Shown here: piece after piece, positions 16,638-25,284 of the stretch
Layout: the number at the start of each line of letters is the position of its first letter
Numbering within the stretch: the stretch's first letter is position 1
IMG/VR virus record: IMGVR_UViG_3300044478_000087
Span: 1 to 50,041 of that record
Source: a virus
Taxonomy: Duplodnaviria > Caudoviricetes
Reading direction: 5' to 3' (one strand)
Length of the DNA stretch: 50,041 nt
Notes under the pieces: generated by a model
Told to the model about the DNA's origin: nothing
The model's database searches: none
What the model saw: the letters and a program-made list of their open reading frames with translations, nothing else
Made by a program: the position numbers and the translations under genes

Positions 16638-19160
16638 TCACGGCGCCGGCGGCGGCGTCACCTGCACGGCCGTTCCCGGTTGGAGCGGTCGTGGCTCTTC
16701 CTCCCGCCCGAGTGCCCGCAGCGCGAAACCAATGGACGCCGGCCCGTAGCGCTGGGCCAACCCTTCGCGGATGATCTGCCGTCCTGTCTCCGTGTCGGCC
16801 CAGCGCCTGGCGACGGCCGGCGCGGCCATGCCCGCCATGCCGAGCCCCATGCTTCCTGGGTTGCCACTGAAAATGCCATGCAACAAAAGTCCCGTACTGG
16901 CATAGCGCTCCATGTGCTCGACTGTGGTCGCCAATTTGCTTCCCGTTTTCACGGCCTCCTTGGCGGCGGTGATGGCTGCCTCACGCCCTGGGACGCTCTC
17001 AATCGCCGCCGTGATCTGGTCGGCCGCGCTGGGGTAGTCGGTCAGGAGGATGTCCAGCTGGGATGGCTCGCCTCCCTGTCGCCGTATCATGGGCCCGTAC
17101 TTGCTCCGCACCTGGACCGGGGTGAGGGACCGCAGGTCGTCCTGCACCTGGGCCGCCCAGGCTTTCACCGTGGCGTCATAGACGTCTGGGGGAACCAGGC
17201 TGCGGTAGTTCTGCGTCCGGGTCGTCTCGCCTGGGTGGAACACGTAGTCGGGGATGGCCTCCGGCGCCTTTTTCTGCAGGGTGGCCCGCAGCGCCGGCAG
17301 GAATCCCTGCTCCTGGGTGGCAAGCTGTGCCGCGTAGCGCTCGACGGCTGCAACCTGCTCCGGTGAGTAGAGGAGGTCCATGACCCCGCGTTTCCGGAGA
17401 CCCTGGAGCTCCTTGGCCATGGCCGTCGGGTCGAACTGGCCGCTCGCCGAGGCCTTGCGGTGCAGCTCGGCCAGCACGAAGCTCCCCAGCGTGTCCCACA
17501 CCTCCGGGCTCGCCGCCTGCTTCACCGCTAGGAGTTGCGCTTGGTCGCCGCCGGCCAGGAATGGCTTGAGGAAGCGCTCCTGCTGCACGGGGTCATTCGA
17601 GAGCAGCTTGCTGATGACCGTACGGTTGGTCGTGTCGATGAATGCCTTGTACTTTTGTTTGGCTAGTGGGAGCGCCTCGGCGATGGACGCTCCCTGGCCG
17701 CCAACACCCTGTAAGGCCGTCTCGATGGCCGGGCTGGCCTGGGTGGCAGCTTCTGAACTGTAAAAGCCATGGAGATCATCTTGGAGCTCTCCGAGCAGCG
17801 CCCGGGCCTTCCCCTGGGCGATGGTGCCCACCGGCTTCGCCCCCCGGTAGGCCACCTGGGACAGGCTGGACTCCAGCCGCCGCGCCATCCAAAACGGGAT
17901 GGCGATGCTCTGCCCTTCAGTGGCGATGGTGGACACGAGGTCCCGCTGCGCTTTCGAGAGGGGTGTCCCTGCGCCCTCCAGGAGGGCTAGGAGCTCGTCG
18001 GCCCCCACCCCAAGCCCCGCGATCGCCTTCGCCCCCTGAGGCGCACCTTGCCCTAATGTCGTGGCTTCTGCGGCCATGCGGGCTGCGCGGTCGCGGAACC
18101 GGGTCACGTCAACGACCGGCGCATCCCCGGTGACCTTCTCGGTGGCCTCGAACAGCCGCCCCAGGTTCTGGCGGCCTTTCTCGAAAAACTCCTTCTGGAA
18201 GAACTGCTTGGACGTGGCCAGGGTCTGCATGCGGTCGAGCCCTGGCCCGACTTGCTCGATGAGGCTGAGGCCTTCCTGCGCGGCCTTGGCTGGGATGGCG
18301 TGCGCCTGGGCTGCCAGCGTCTCTTGCACGGCGGCTCCCGTCGCGAGCGGTCCGGAGGGCGCGGCTCCTGGGCGCGGCTTCAGCACCGTGGCTTCGAGGG
18401 CCGCCCGCGCTGGGGAGATACTTTCCTCCAGTACCTGCTCCGCTGCCTGGAGGTCCTGGCGCGCCACGGTGGGCTTTCCCAGGGCTTTGACCCCAGCTGA
18501 GATGGCCCCATGGATGGCGCTCACCGCCGCCGGCCCCGCGATTCCCCCGACGATCGGCCCGACCGCGCTCCCTGGTGTCACCTGACGGCCGATCTCTGCC
18601 CCGCCGGCTGACGCCGCGCCCAGGATGACGTCCCCGCGCGGCCCAGCGCTGAAGAGAGGGTAGAGCTTCTGCGCCACCCCGGGGAGGATGCCCATGCCCT
18701 GCGCGGCTTTGAGGAAGACGCCAGGCGCCACGGCCCCGGCCGTCCCCTGGACGATGCGTTCCAGGGCAGTCATGCTCTGCGGGTCTACGCCCATAGCCTG
18801 CGCGATGTCGGCGCTGCCCAGAGGGATGCGGTATGACGGCCCGCCCAGCATGCCGCTGATGGCTCCAGGCGCATTGAGGATATCCGCCGGCGCCCCCAGT
18901 GCCCCTGAGGCGATGACCGTGGCCGCCCGCTCCTCTCCAGGGACGGGGAACACGGCCTGGCGGAGCGCTGCCCCCGCCTGCTGGAGGAGGCCGGGCTGTT
19001 CTGTCGGCGCCGGCGCGGCGGGCGGCCCCGCTGTGAAGTCGTCATATGCGCCGGGGTACTTCTGCTGCACCAGGGTGCCCAGTTCGTCGTCCCCTAGGTC
19101 ATCGTAGGTCCCTGGGTACTTCTGCTTGACGAGGCGCCCGAGGTCGGTCACAGTCGGCAT
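16638..19160 (-). CDS. Large internal virion / DNA ejection protein
   Basis: 840 aa, Ala/Gln-rich helical; duplicated N-terminal LG.LV.QKYPG.YDD; last of the ejection cluster. Confidence 0.7.
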   Translation of the reverse strand: MPTVTDLGRLVKQKYPGTYDDLGDDELGTLVQQKYPGAYDDFTAGPPAAPAPTEQPGLLQQAGAALRQAVFPVPGEERAATVIASGALGAPADILNAPGAISGMLGGPSYRIPLGSADIAQAMGVDPQSMTALERIVQGTAGAVAPGVFLKAAQGMGILPGVAQKLYPLFSAGPRGDVILGAASAGGAEIGRQVTPGSAVGPIVGGIAGPAAVSAIHGAISAGVKALGKPTVARQDLQAAEQVLEESISPARAALEATVLKPRPGAAPSGPLATGAAVQETLAAQAHAIPAKAAQEGLSLIEQVGPGLDRMQTLATSKQFFQKEFFEKGRQNLGRLFEATEKVTGDAPVVDVTRFRDRAARMAAEATTLGQGAPQGAKAIAGLGVGADELLALLEGAGTPLSKAQRDLVSTIATEGQSIAIPFWMARRLESSLSQVAYRGAKPVGTIAQGKARALLGELQDDLHGFYSSEAATQASPAIETALQGVGGQGASIAEALPLAKQKYKAFIDTTNRTVISKLLSNDPVQQERFLKPFLAGGDQAQLLAVKQAASPEVWDTLGSFVLAELHRKASASGQFDPTAMAKELQGLRKRGVMDLLYSPEQVAAVERYAAQLATQEQGFLPALRATLQKKAPEAIPDYVFHPGETTRTQNYRSLVPPDVYDATVKAWAAQVQDDLRSLTPVQVRSKYGPMIRRQGGEPSQLDILLTDYPSAADQITAAIESVPGREAAITAAKEAVKTGSKLATTVEHMERYASTGLLLHGIFSGNPGSMGLGMAGMAAPAVARRWADTETGRQIIREGLAQRYGPASIGFALRALGREEEPRPLQPGTAVQVTPPPAP

Positions 19161-21640
19161 TAGCGCGCCCCCCTAATGCCCAACGGGTCATTGGCTGGCC
19201 CGCCGGTTACCCCTCCAGGCAGTGTCCGTGGTACCTGCGGCGGGGTCACCGCCACCCCCGGTTGTGGCGTCTCGGCGGCGGGCTGTGGGGCCGCAGACGT
19301 CGGCGGTGTGAGGGCGCCCGGCGCGCTGACACTCCCGGTGCTGAAGGGATTGGGGAACACCTCGTCGAAGTTCACCCCGAGGCCCTGCGCGCGGGGTTTG
19401 TAGACAGGCTCGATCTCGGCCCGCGCGTTGCCGTATTTGTCGGCGGCGATCTTCTCCGCCGTGCCCAGGAACTGTTGACGCACCTTGGGATCGAGGCGCT
19501 CGCCCCGCATGAAGCGTGGGTAGGCCATCCCCAGGCGCTGGAAAAATCCTTGGGCTTGTTCGACGGTGGTGAATTCCGACGGCCGCACGACGCTGGTGGG
19601 GTCCAGGATCTTGGCGAAGCCGTTGACGATGGCCAGGTCCCCCGCCGCGCTGTTCTCCGACGCGCCCACCCGCACGTTGCCCAGGCCTGCGGTGATCTCC
19701 TGCGCAATTTTGAACTTGGGTTCTTGGATGATCGCCTTCCGCAGGGTGAGGGCATTCTCCTGGACCTCCAATGGGCTGAAAACTTTCCCTTCCTGCTGCC
19801 GGATGGCCTTATCTAGCTCGAGTTGCGCCTTGCGGATGCCCAGCTTCCGCTGCTCGACGACCCCAGGCTCGGCCAGGTCGTCCGCCGTCAGCCCACGCGC
19901 CACCAACCCAGGGAGGACCGCCGCCCGGGCATCGGCCGGCAACGTGTGGTACGCCCCCGGCGCCGCCGCGACGCTCTCCGTTAGGGTGGCGTAGTGCGCT
20001 TGCTGGGTCGTGAGCCGCGCCTGCTCCTTGGCGGTGACCTCCCGCACCTCACCGGGTAACGCCATGGCCTGTTCGTAGGGCTTTTCTTCGGCGCGGGCGC
20101 GGATCTTGGCCCGCTCCTCCTCGAGGAGTCCGGGGAGTTCGGCCCGCCGCTCAAAGCGCTTCCACGCCGCTTTGATCTGGCTGTCACTGTAGTTGGCGGC
20201 CGAGAGCTGGCCATAGAGCCGTCCCATCACCTCAGGGAGGTGTTCTGGCGGCGTGCGGGCCAGGAGTCTCACCGAGTCGCCCAAATGATCGGGATCCGGG
20301 TGCTGGTCCAGGTAGTCCAGAATCACTTTAAGTTGGCGCGTGTCCTGGACCTTGTCGAGGGCGCCTAACACTTCGTAGCTGTGGATTTGGCGCTCTCGCT
20401 TGATGCGCTCGGCTTCGGCACGCGCCGTCTTGAACTCGCGCTCAGCTTTGAGGGTCCCGCGCTGCACCGCCTGGTCCAGGGCTGCCCCCAGGCGTTGTTG
20501 CCCCTGCGGGGTGTTGCGGAGTTGTGGCGCGAGGGTGCGGTAGACGTTGCGCTGCGCCTCGGTGATGTACTCCTCCGCCGTCCGCGCCGGGGGGAGCGGG
20601 ATATCCCCGCCCGGCACCGGTGCCGTGGGGACCTCCTGTGGCGCCGCAGGCTGGGTTCGCGCGGCGAGTGCACCGGGTCCTGCGACCCGCTGGTCTGGTT
20701 GACGTTGGCCGAAGAGCTGGGTGGCCGCTTGCACGGCCGGGACGTACGCCTGGGTCTCCGGGATGCGCGGCACCCCACCTGCCTGCTGTACCCGCCCCGG
20801 GCCGGCGTTGTAGGCGGCCGAGGCGAGTGCCGGGCTGCCGAAATCCTGGAGCTGCTGCGCCAGATATTGTGCCCCGCCCAGGATGTTTTGCCGGATGTCC
20901 GTGGGGTCCGTCACGCCCAGCGCCTGCGCCGTGGCGGGCATGAGCTGCATCAAACCCTGCGCCCCGGCGGGGCTCACGGCGGTCGGGTTGAAGGCGGACT
21001 CGACGCCGATGGTGGCCAGGATCTGCTCTCGGGTGAGGGTGGGGTACTTCCGCACCGCCTCCTCGATGGCCGCGTCAATCTGGGCGCGCACGGCCGGGTC
21101 GAGGCCGGCATACGTGCGCACCGCCCGCGCCGCCCGTGCCTCCGGTGCCGGCCCTGGGGCTGTTGGCGGACGCTGGTAGGGCGTCAGGGGGCCTCCTGGT
21201 GCCGTCGGCCTGGCGCGTGGTGGGGCCGCGGCAGGGGGCTGCCACTCAGGGCCGGTGGCGCCACCTAAGGGACGGGCCGGGGGCGGCAGACCCTCGGTGC
21301 TGGGGCTGCCGTAGGAAGGCTGCTGGAAGAGCTCCGGCGGAATGGGGATGGGGGGCGTCTCACGACGAACGAGGAAGTTCGGACCGACGCGGTACGCCTG
21401 CTCGCCGGCGGCCGTGCGGGCGCCTCCGGTGCCGAAGAGCGCGCCTAGCACCCCGCCGGTGCGTTCCACCTCGCCCGGCTGGGCAGGAACGAATTGGAAG
21501 TTCGGGTCCTGCGCCAGGATCTGGAGCAGACGTAATTGGTTCGCCTCCTGCTCCTGACGCGACTTCTGTGCCGCGTCGGTCAGGCCACTCGCCAAGCCGA
21601 CCCCGAACTGAATTGCCTGTAGCACATCCTGGAATGCCAT
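19160..21640 (-). CDS. Internal virion protein with lytic transglycosylase (SLT) domain
   Basis: VESAFNPTAVSPAGAQGLMQLMPATA, NILGGAQYL, AAYNAGPG, ETQAYV; GGAGG RBS before ATG 21640. Confidence 0.88.
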   Translation of the reverse strand: MAFQDVLQAIQFGVGLASGLTDAAQKSRQEQEANQLRLLQILAQDPNFQFVPAQPGEVERTGGVLGALFGTGGARTAAGEQAYRVGPNFLVRRETPPIPIPPELFQQPSYGSPSTEGLPPPARPLGGATGPEWQPPAAAPPRARPTAPGGPLTPYQRPPTAPGPAPEARAARAVRTYAGLDPAVRAQIDAAIEEAVRKYPTLTREQILATIGVESAFNPTAVSPAGAQGLMQLMPATAQALGVTDPTDIRQNILGGAQYLAQQLQDFGSPALASAAYNAGPGRVQQAGGVPRIPETQAYVPAVQAATQLFGQRQPDQRVAGPGALAARTQPAAPQEVPTAPVPGGDIPLPPARTAEEYITEAQRNVYRTLAPQLRNTPQGQQRLGAALDQAVQRGTLKAEREFKTARAEAERIKRERQIHSYEVLGALDKVQDTRQLKVILDYLDQHPDPDHLGDSVRLLARTPPEHLPEVMGRLYGQLSAANYSDSQIKAAWKRFERRAELPGLLEEERAKIRARAEEKPYEQAMALPGEVREVTAKEQARLTTQQAHYATLTESVAAAPGAYHTLPADARAAVLPGLVARGLTADDLAEPGVVEQRKLGIRKAQLELDKAIRQQEGKVFSPLEVQENALTLRKAIIQEPKFKIAQEITAGLGNVRVGASENSAAGDLAIVNGFAKILDPTSVVRPSEFTTVEQAQGFFQRLGMAYPRFMRGERLDPKVRQQFLGTAEKIAADKYGNARAEIEPVYKPRAQGLGVNFDEVFPNPFSTGSVSAPGALTPPTSAAPQPAAETPQPGVAVTPPQVPRTLPGGVTGGPANDPLGIRGAR

Positions 21641-21854
21641 GTATGTACCCTCCCAGGAGGGATTATCCCTTAAATAGCGAAGCCGCGCAATTCTGGAGGG
21701 TTGCGGCTGTTGATTGGGGCAGCGCAGGGTCGGAGAAAAAAGGGCTGGGTACCGCAATGTGCGATGCAAAATGTGGTATAATAGCACAAAGCCCGGCCGG
21801 CTGCGGGGCCGATGCCGGGCTTCTAAGCACACACCTTAGTTAGAGGTAAGGCGC

Positions 21855-22739
21855 ATGCCTGAGCATCAGTCTAGCACGAATCTTCCAGTTCTTTCCATCA
21901 ACAATATCGAAATTCGGGCGCTCTTTTACAAAGACGAGCCGGTTTTAACCTTTGAGATGGTTGCAAAGGTACATAAAATCAGTATCGAAAATGTGCGCAG
22001 TTCGTTCTATAGACACCAGAAACGGTTCAGGGAAGGCAAGCACTACTTTAGGCTTGATTTTACTGAAGCAAACCAGCTGTTGCTTAGCGCAACAGCGAAT
22101 TCAAACGGCATAATTCTTCTGACGCAGCGGGGGTATTCGTTCCTTGTTAAACCGATGCGCGATGATACCTCTTGGGAAGTCCAAGAGCGTATGGTCGACG
22201 AGTACTTCACGTTGCGCGAGCGTCAGCAAGTCAGCGAGGCTGACCGCATCATCAACGCCTTTCTTGGCAAGCCGCGCTTCGAGGCCAAGCGCTTTACGGT
22301 GGAGTTTTACGGGAAGGTTGCGCGGGTCTATAATAAGCGCATTCCCACGGACCACCGACATTCCAAGATGATGGGCGGTTTTCTGGAGCGGTATATCTAC
22401 AAGCCGCTCCCCACGCTGGTGCGTGCCCAGATGGACGCGATCAACCCGCGTATCAACGGGAACCGCAAGTACCCCCTCCACCAGATGCTGACGGCGGAGA
22501 TGGATACGGCCTTTTTGCGGGAGCGCATGCGCACCGTTGGCGAGTTTCTGGACGCGTGCCGCGACGGAGACTGGCGGACCTTCCGCTATCTGATCAACAA
22601 TTACGACCGGCGGCACTGCATGCAAGTGGAAATCGAGGGCGAGGAACGGATGTTGTTGCCGGTGTTCGACGAAGCGCAACTGGTGCTGTTTGAGCCCAAG
22701 CAGATGCGTCAAATCGCCGGTACGCCGTTCTCTAACTAA
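21855..22739 (+). CDS. Antirepressor-type DNA-binding protein, ORF6N + P63C-like domains
   Basis: VLTF..VA.VH....V...F.RH..RF.EGKHYF, LLTQRGY..LVKPMRDD.SW.VQ..MV.EYF (ORF6N); KRF..EFY, YIY.PLP, NP....RK..LHQ.LT (P63C); upstream TATAAT at 21777-21782. Confidence 0.85.
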   Translation: MPEHQSSTNLPVLSINNIEIRALFYKDEPVLTFEMVAKVHKISIENVRSSFYRHQKRFREGKHYFRLDFTEANQLLLSATANSNGIILLTQRGYSFLVKPMRDDTSWEVQERMVDEYFTLRERQQVSEADRIINAFLGKPRFEAKRFTVEFYGKVARVYNKRIPTDHRHSKMMGGFLERYIYKPLPTLVRAQMDAINPRINGNRKYPLHQMLTAEMDTAFLRERMRTVGEFLDACRDGDWRTFRYLINNYDRRHCMQVEIEGEERMLLPVFDEAQLVLFEPKQMRQIAGTPFSN

Positions 22740-22821
22740 CCACCCCGGCCGCCCGGCCCGCTGCGTTGCGCTTCCTGATGAGTAACCGAACGGAGGCCCG
22801 ACGCGGCAGGGGTACTGCCAG
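22729..22821 (+). repeat. 93-bp direct repeat, copy 1 (structured element)
   Basis: 91/93 identical to 23196-23288. Confidence 0.95.
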
Positions 22822-22832
22822 ACGATCATTTC

Positions 22833-23252
22833 ATGGAACTCGTGCGGGGGACCCCATCTCTTCCAATTTTTATAGAAAAAGGCGCCGTGGTTATTTTGAT
22901 CTGGGAGGACGTGAAATCCAGCGCCAATACTTACTCACCCGAACTTCTGGGTAAGTACAAGGCTTTGTTTGCGAAGTGTGGGTGGCATCCAATCACCCTG
23001 ATCAATGCCACATTTCAGCTTGAGCTGGCGCACCACCTGGACGACGAAATTAGCAAACAGCTGGGATACGCGCATTCAGCTTCCGTGGCAGAGATTTCGG
23101 ATATCCGTGATGTCTTTCTTCGGAAGATGGGGTTCCTCCCTTACAAGAGCCTGTACGATTTTGAGCTGTTTGAATGGCAACCTCGATCCGTATTCTCTCT
23201 AACTAACCACCCCGGCCGCCCGGCCCGCCGCGTCGCGCTTCCTGATGAGTAA
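22833..23252 (+). CDS. Hypothetical protein or gene fragment between the two repeats
   Basis: Lower GC, no obvious RBS, ORF reads into repeat copy 2. Confidence 0.4.
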   Translation: MELVRGTPSLPIFIEKGAVVILIWEDVKSSANTYSPELLGKYKALFAKCGWHPITLINATFQLELAHHLDDEISKQLGYAHSASVAEISDIRDVFLRKMGFLPYKSLYDFELFEWQPRSVFSLTNHPGRPARRVALPDE

Positions 23253-23288
23253 CCGAACGGAGGCCCGACGCGGCAGGGGTACTGCCAG
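23196..23288 (+). repeat. 93-bp direct repeat, copy 2 (structured element)
   Basis: 91/93 identical to 22729-22821; stem GCCGCGTCG/CGACGCGGC encloses GCTTCC/GGAGGC and a 16-nt loop. Confidence 0.95.
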
Positions 23289-23307
23289 GCGGGCGGTGCG
23301 CAGCACG

Positions 23308-23916
23308 CTAATAGGCCGATTGGTCGACGAATGACCGACTCCCGATCGTCCCGAGGCTTTCGCCTAGCGCCGCGCCGGTGGCGAAGGGATCGACCGGCGC
23401 AGGCGCACTGGAGACCGGTGGTCCCTGCTTGCTGCGCTGGCTCGGCGCGAACGCAAAGCCGTAGCCCGGCGGCACGACCCCCTGGACTTGACTGCCTCTC
23501 TGGAGTACCAGTTGGGACAGTGCCGCCAGCAGGTTAGGCGTGAGCCCTTGGATGGCCGTGTCGACCTGGCCGAGTGCGCCCCCGCCCTGCGCCCCTGCGC
23601 GCCCCGCCGCTTCGGCGATCTGTCCAGCCCCCCCGTAGGTGGCGGGGAGTCCCTGGCGGGCGTCGAACCCGCCCATGAACGGCCGCAGTAAGGCCTGTTG
23701 CTCCCCAAGGGAGGCTTGCAGGAGCGGTTGCTCCACGCCTCGGAAGAGCTGGGTGGCCTCGGCGGGGAATTCCGGGTAGGAGATGGTGCCCCTATCCGCT
23801 GCTTTGGCCGCCGCGCGACGGTTTTTCTCTGCCTGGTTCTGCGCGCTAATGGTGCCGTAGAGCCCTGCCCCGACTCCGGCGACCGCCACCGCCGCCCCTA
23901 CGATTGCGAATGACAT
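23308..23916 (-). CDS. Small ejection/pilot protein
   Basis: Gly/Ala-rich hydrophobic N-terminus followed by SAQNQAEK..AA, typical of podoviral pilot proteins; position. Confidence 0.65.
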   Translation of the reverse strand: MSFAIVGAAVAVAGVGAGLYGTISAQNQAEKNRRAAAKAADRGTISYPEFPAEATQLFRGVEQPLLQASLGEQQALLRPFMGGFDARQGLPATYGGAGQIAEAAGRAGAQGGGALGQVDTAIQGLTPNLLAALSQLVLQRGSQVQGVVPPGYGFAFAPSQRSKQGPPVSSAPAPVDPFATGAALGESLGTIGSRSFVDQSAY

Positions 23917-24410
23917 ACGGCCTCCCCGGCAATGAATGCCTCAAATTCTTCATAGCTCTTGGCGATGATCTCACGTTCGAGTTGGGCGAGGTCGGTGGTG
24001 TTGTTCGGGTTGTGATGCACCGTGATCCACCAGAGATCTGTCAGGCTGTAGAGCACCCGCTTCGTCCCCGCTGCCGACAGCATGGCCATCGGCCCGACGA
24101 GGCGTTGCGCGCCCGTCTCTTCGGTAAAGATGACCACCTCACCGCTCATCAGGAAATTCGGATGAGGGTGTTTGTGGATTTTGCCGACCAGGATATGTCC
24201 AGCCGGAATCCAAATTTCCCGCACGTAGATTCCCGGGGAGAACCAGTGCCGCAGTGGGCAGTGATCCGTGTCGCCGAAAAAGGCTCCTGGCACCGTCGCT
24301 AGCAGGTCCTGAAAGAGCAGGATGTCCTGGCGTATGGCCTGGACCTCCTCCGGCGTTTTTGGGCCTCCTGGCGCGCTAAGAGCCGTAGCCGTAGTAGTAG
24401 TCTCCACCAC
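23898..24410 (-). CDS. Cupin-fold phage protein
   Basis: HWFSPGIYVREIWIPAG..LVGKIHKH.H.N.L.SG.V, GTKR, WITVH; start uncertain. Confidence 0.75.
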   Translation of the reverse strand: MVETTTTATALSAPGGPKTPEEVQAIRQDILLFQDLLATVPGAFFGDTDHCPLRHWFSPGIYVREIWIPAGHILVGKIHKHPHPNFLMSGEVVIFTEETGAQRLVGPMAMLSAAGTKRVLYSLTDLWWITVHHNPNNTTDLAQLEREIIAKSYEEFEAFIAGEAVCHSQS

Positions 24411-25176
24411 TGATCCCCGAATACCCGAATTCATCCATTGGTGGCCCGGTATACGTGCTCGGGGCACTGTAGGCCGGGTTGCTCACTAAGCCCTGGGTGA
24501 ACCCCTCCTGTCGGTATCCTGCTATTGTATTTGCTGCGTTGGCCGCATCGGCCCGTGGGCCTTGGTAGTAGTCATAAATGACTCTGCCCGTACTCAGTAG
24601 GTTTTGCAGGGCGCGTCCATAAATCGATGGCTGGAAATTGGCCCCTGGCGTCTCCCCAGGGTCCCGCGTACTGACGGACGGCGGGCGTGCCGCGCCGGCG
24701 ATCTGGGGTTGGATGCCCCCCAGCAGGTTGATGAGGCTGGCCATCCCAGCCTGCTGCTGCTGGGTGATGGCCCCGCCGTATTGCCGCACGGCCTGCCCCA
24801 GGGTCCCGGCTTGCTGGCGTTCCGTCTGTCCCCCGCCCGCGTACCCCAGGCGCCGGGCGATGGCCTGCGATGCCCCGGCGTACTGGGCCCTGAGTTGACT
24901 CAGCTGGCCAACGATGTCCGGGAGGATTTCCGCCGTGGAGCCGGCCGCCCTGGCGCGTAGCTGTTGCACCGCACTGAGGAGGCTGCTGACCTGGAGCGGG
25001 ACACCCTGCTGGGCCAGCTGCCGGCCTTCCCGGAGGATCTCGGCACTCTGCTCTTCCTCATTGTATTGATCGGGCGTGACCACAGCCCAGGTGTTCCCCG
25101 GTCCTGGGCGCACCCGCCCCAGCACCGTACTCCCTACCGGCTGTGGATTGGTGAGGCCGTAGTACGATTCAGCCAT
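24376..25176 (-). CDS. Putative internal virion protein
   Basis: Gln/Ala/Gly-rich helical; follows the nozzle gene; AGAGG RBS. Confidence 0.6.
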   Translation of the reverse strand: MAESYYGLTNPQPVGSTVLGRVRPGPGNTWAVVTPDQYNEEEQSAEILREGRQLAQQGVPLQVSSLLSAVQQLRARAAGSTAEILPDIVGQLSQLRAQYAGASQAIARRLGYAGGGQTERQQAGTLGQAVRQYGGAITQQQQAGMASLINLLGGIQPQIAGAARPPSVSTRDPGETPGANFQPSIYGRALQNLLSTGRVIYDYYQGPRADAANAANTIAGYRQEGFTQGLVSNPAYSAPSTYTGPPMDEFGYSGISGGDYYYGYGS

Positions 25177-25284
25177 GTTTGCCTCTGGTGTTTCTCCACC
25201 GCATGTCGTAAAATGTCCACAGTGTGTCTGACCCGTTCGCGCTTCTCCCTCGGGGTTTGGCCTCTCTCCCCCCGAGGGGAGCCT

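Noticed and set aside
22771-22794. Hammerhead ribozyme, suggested by CTGATGAG...CGAA
   Set aside because: GAAA reads GAAC, there is no stem III or NUH site because the flanks pair directly with each other, and the third copy has CTGGTGA, which breaks the catalytic core
22729-23288. Integron attC cassette array or CRISPR array
   Set aside because: No RYYYAAC/GTTRRRY pair bounding the repeat, the recombinase lacks the IntI-specific insertion, there are only two long copies with a 374-bp spacer, and no cas genes are present
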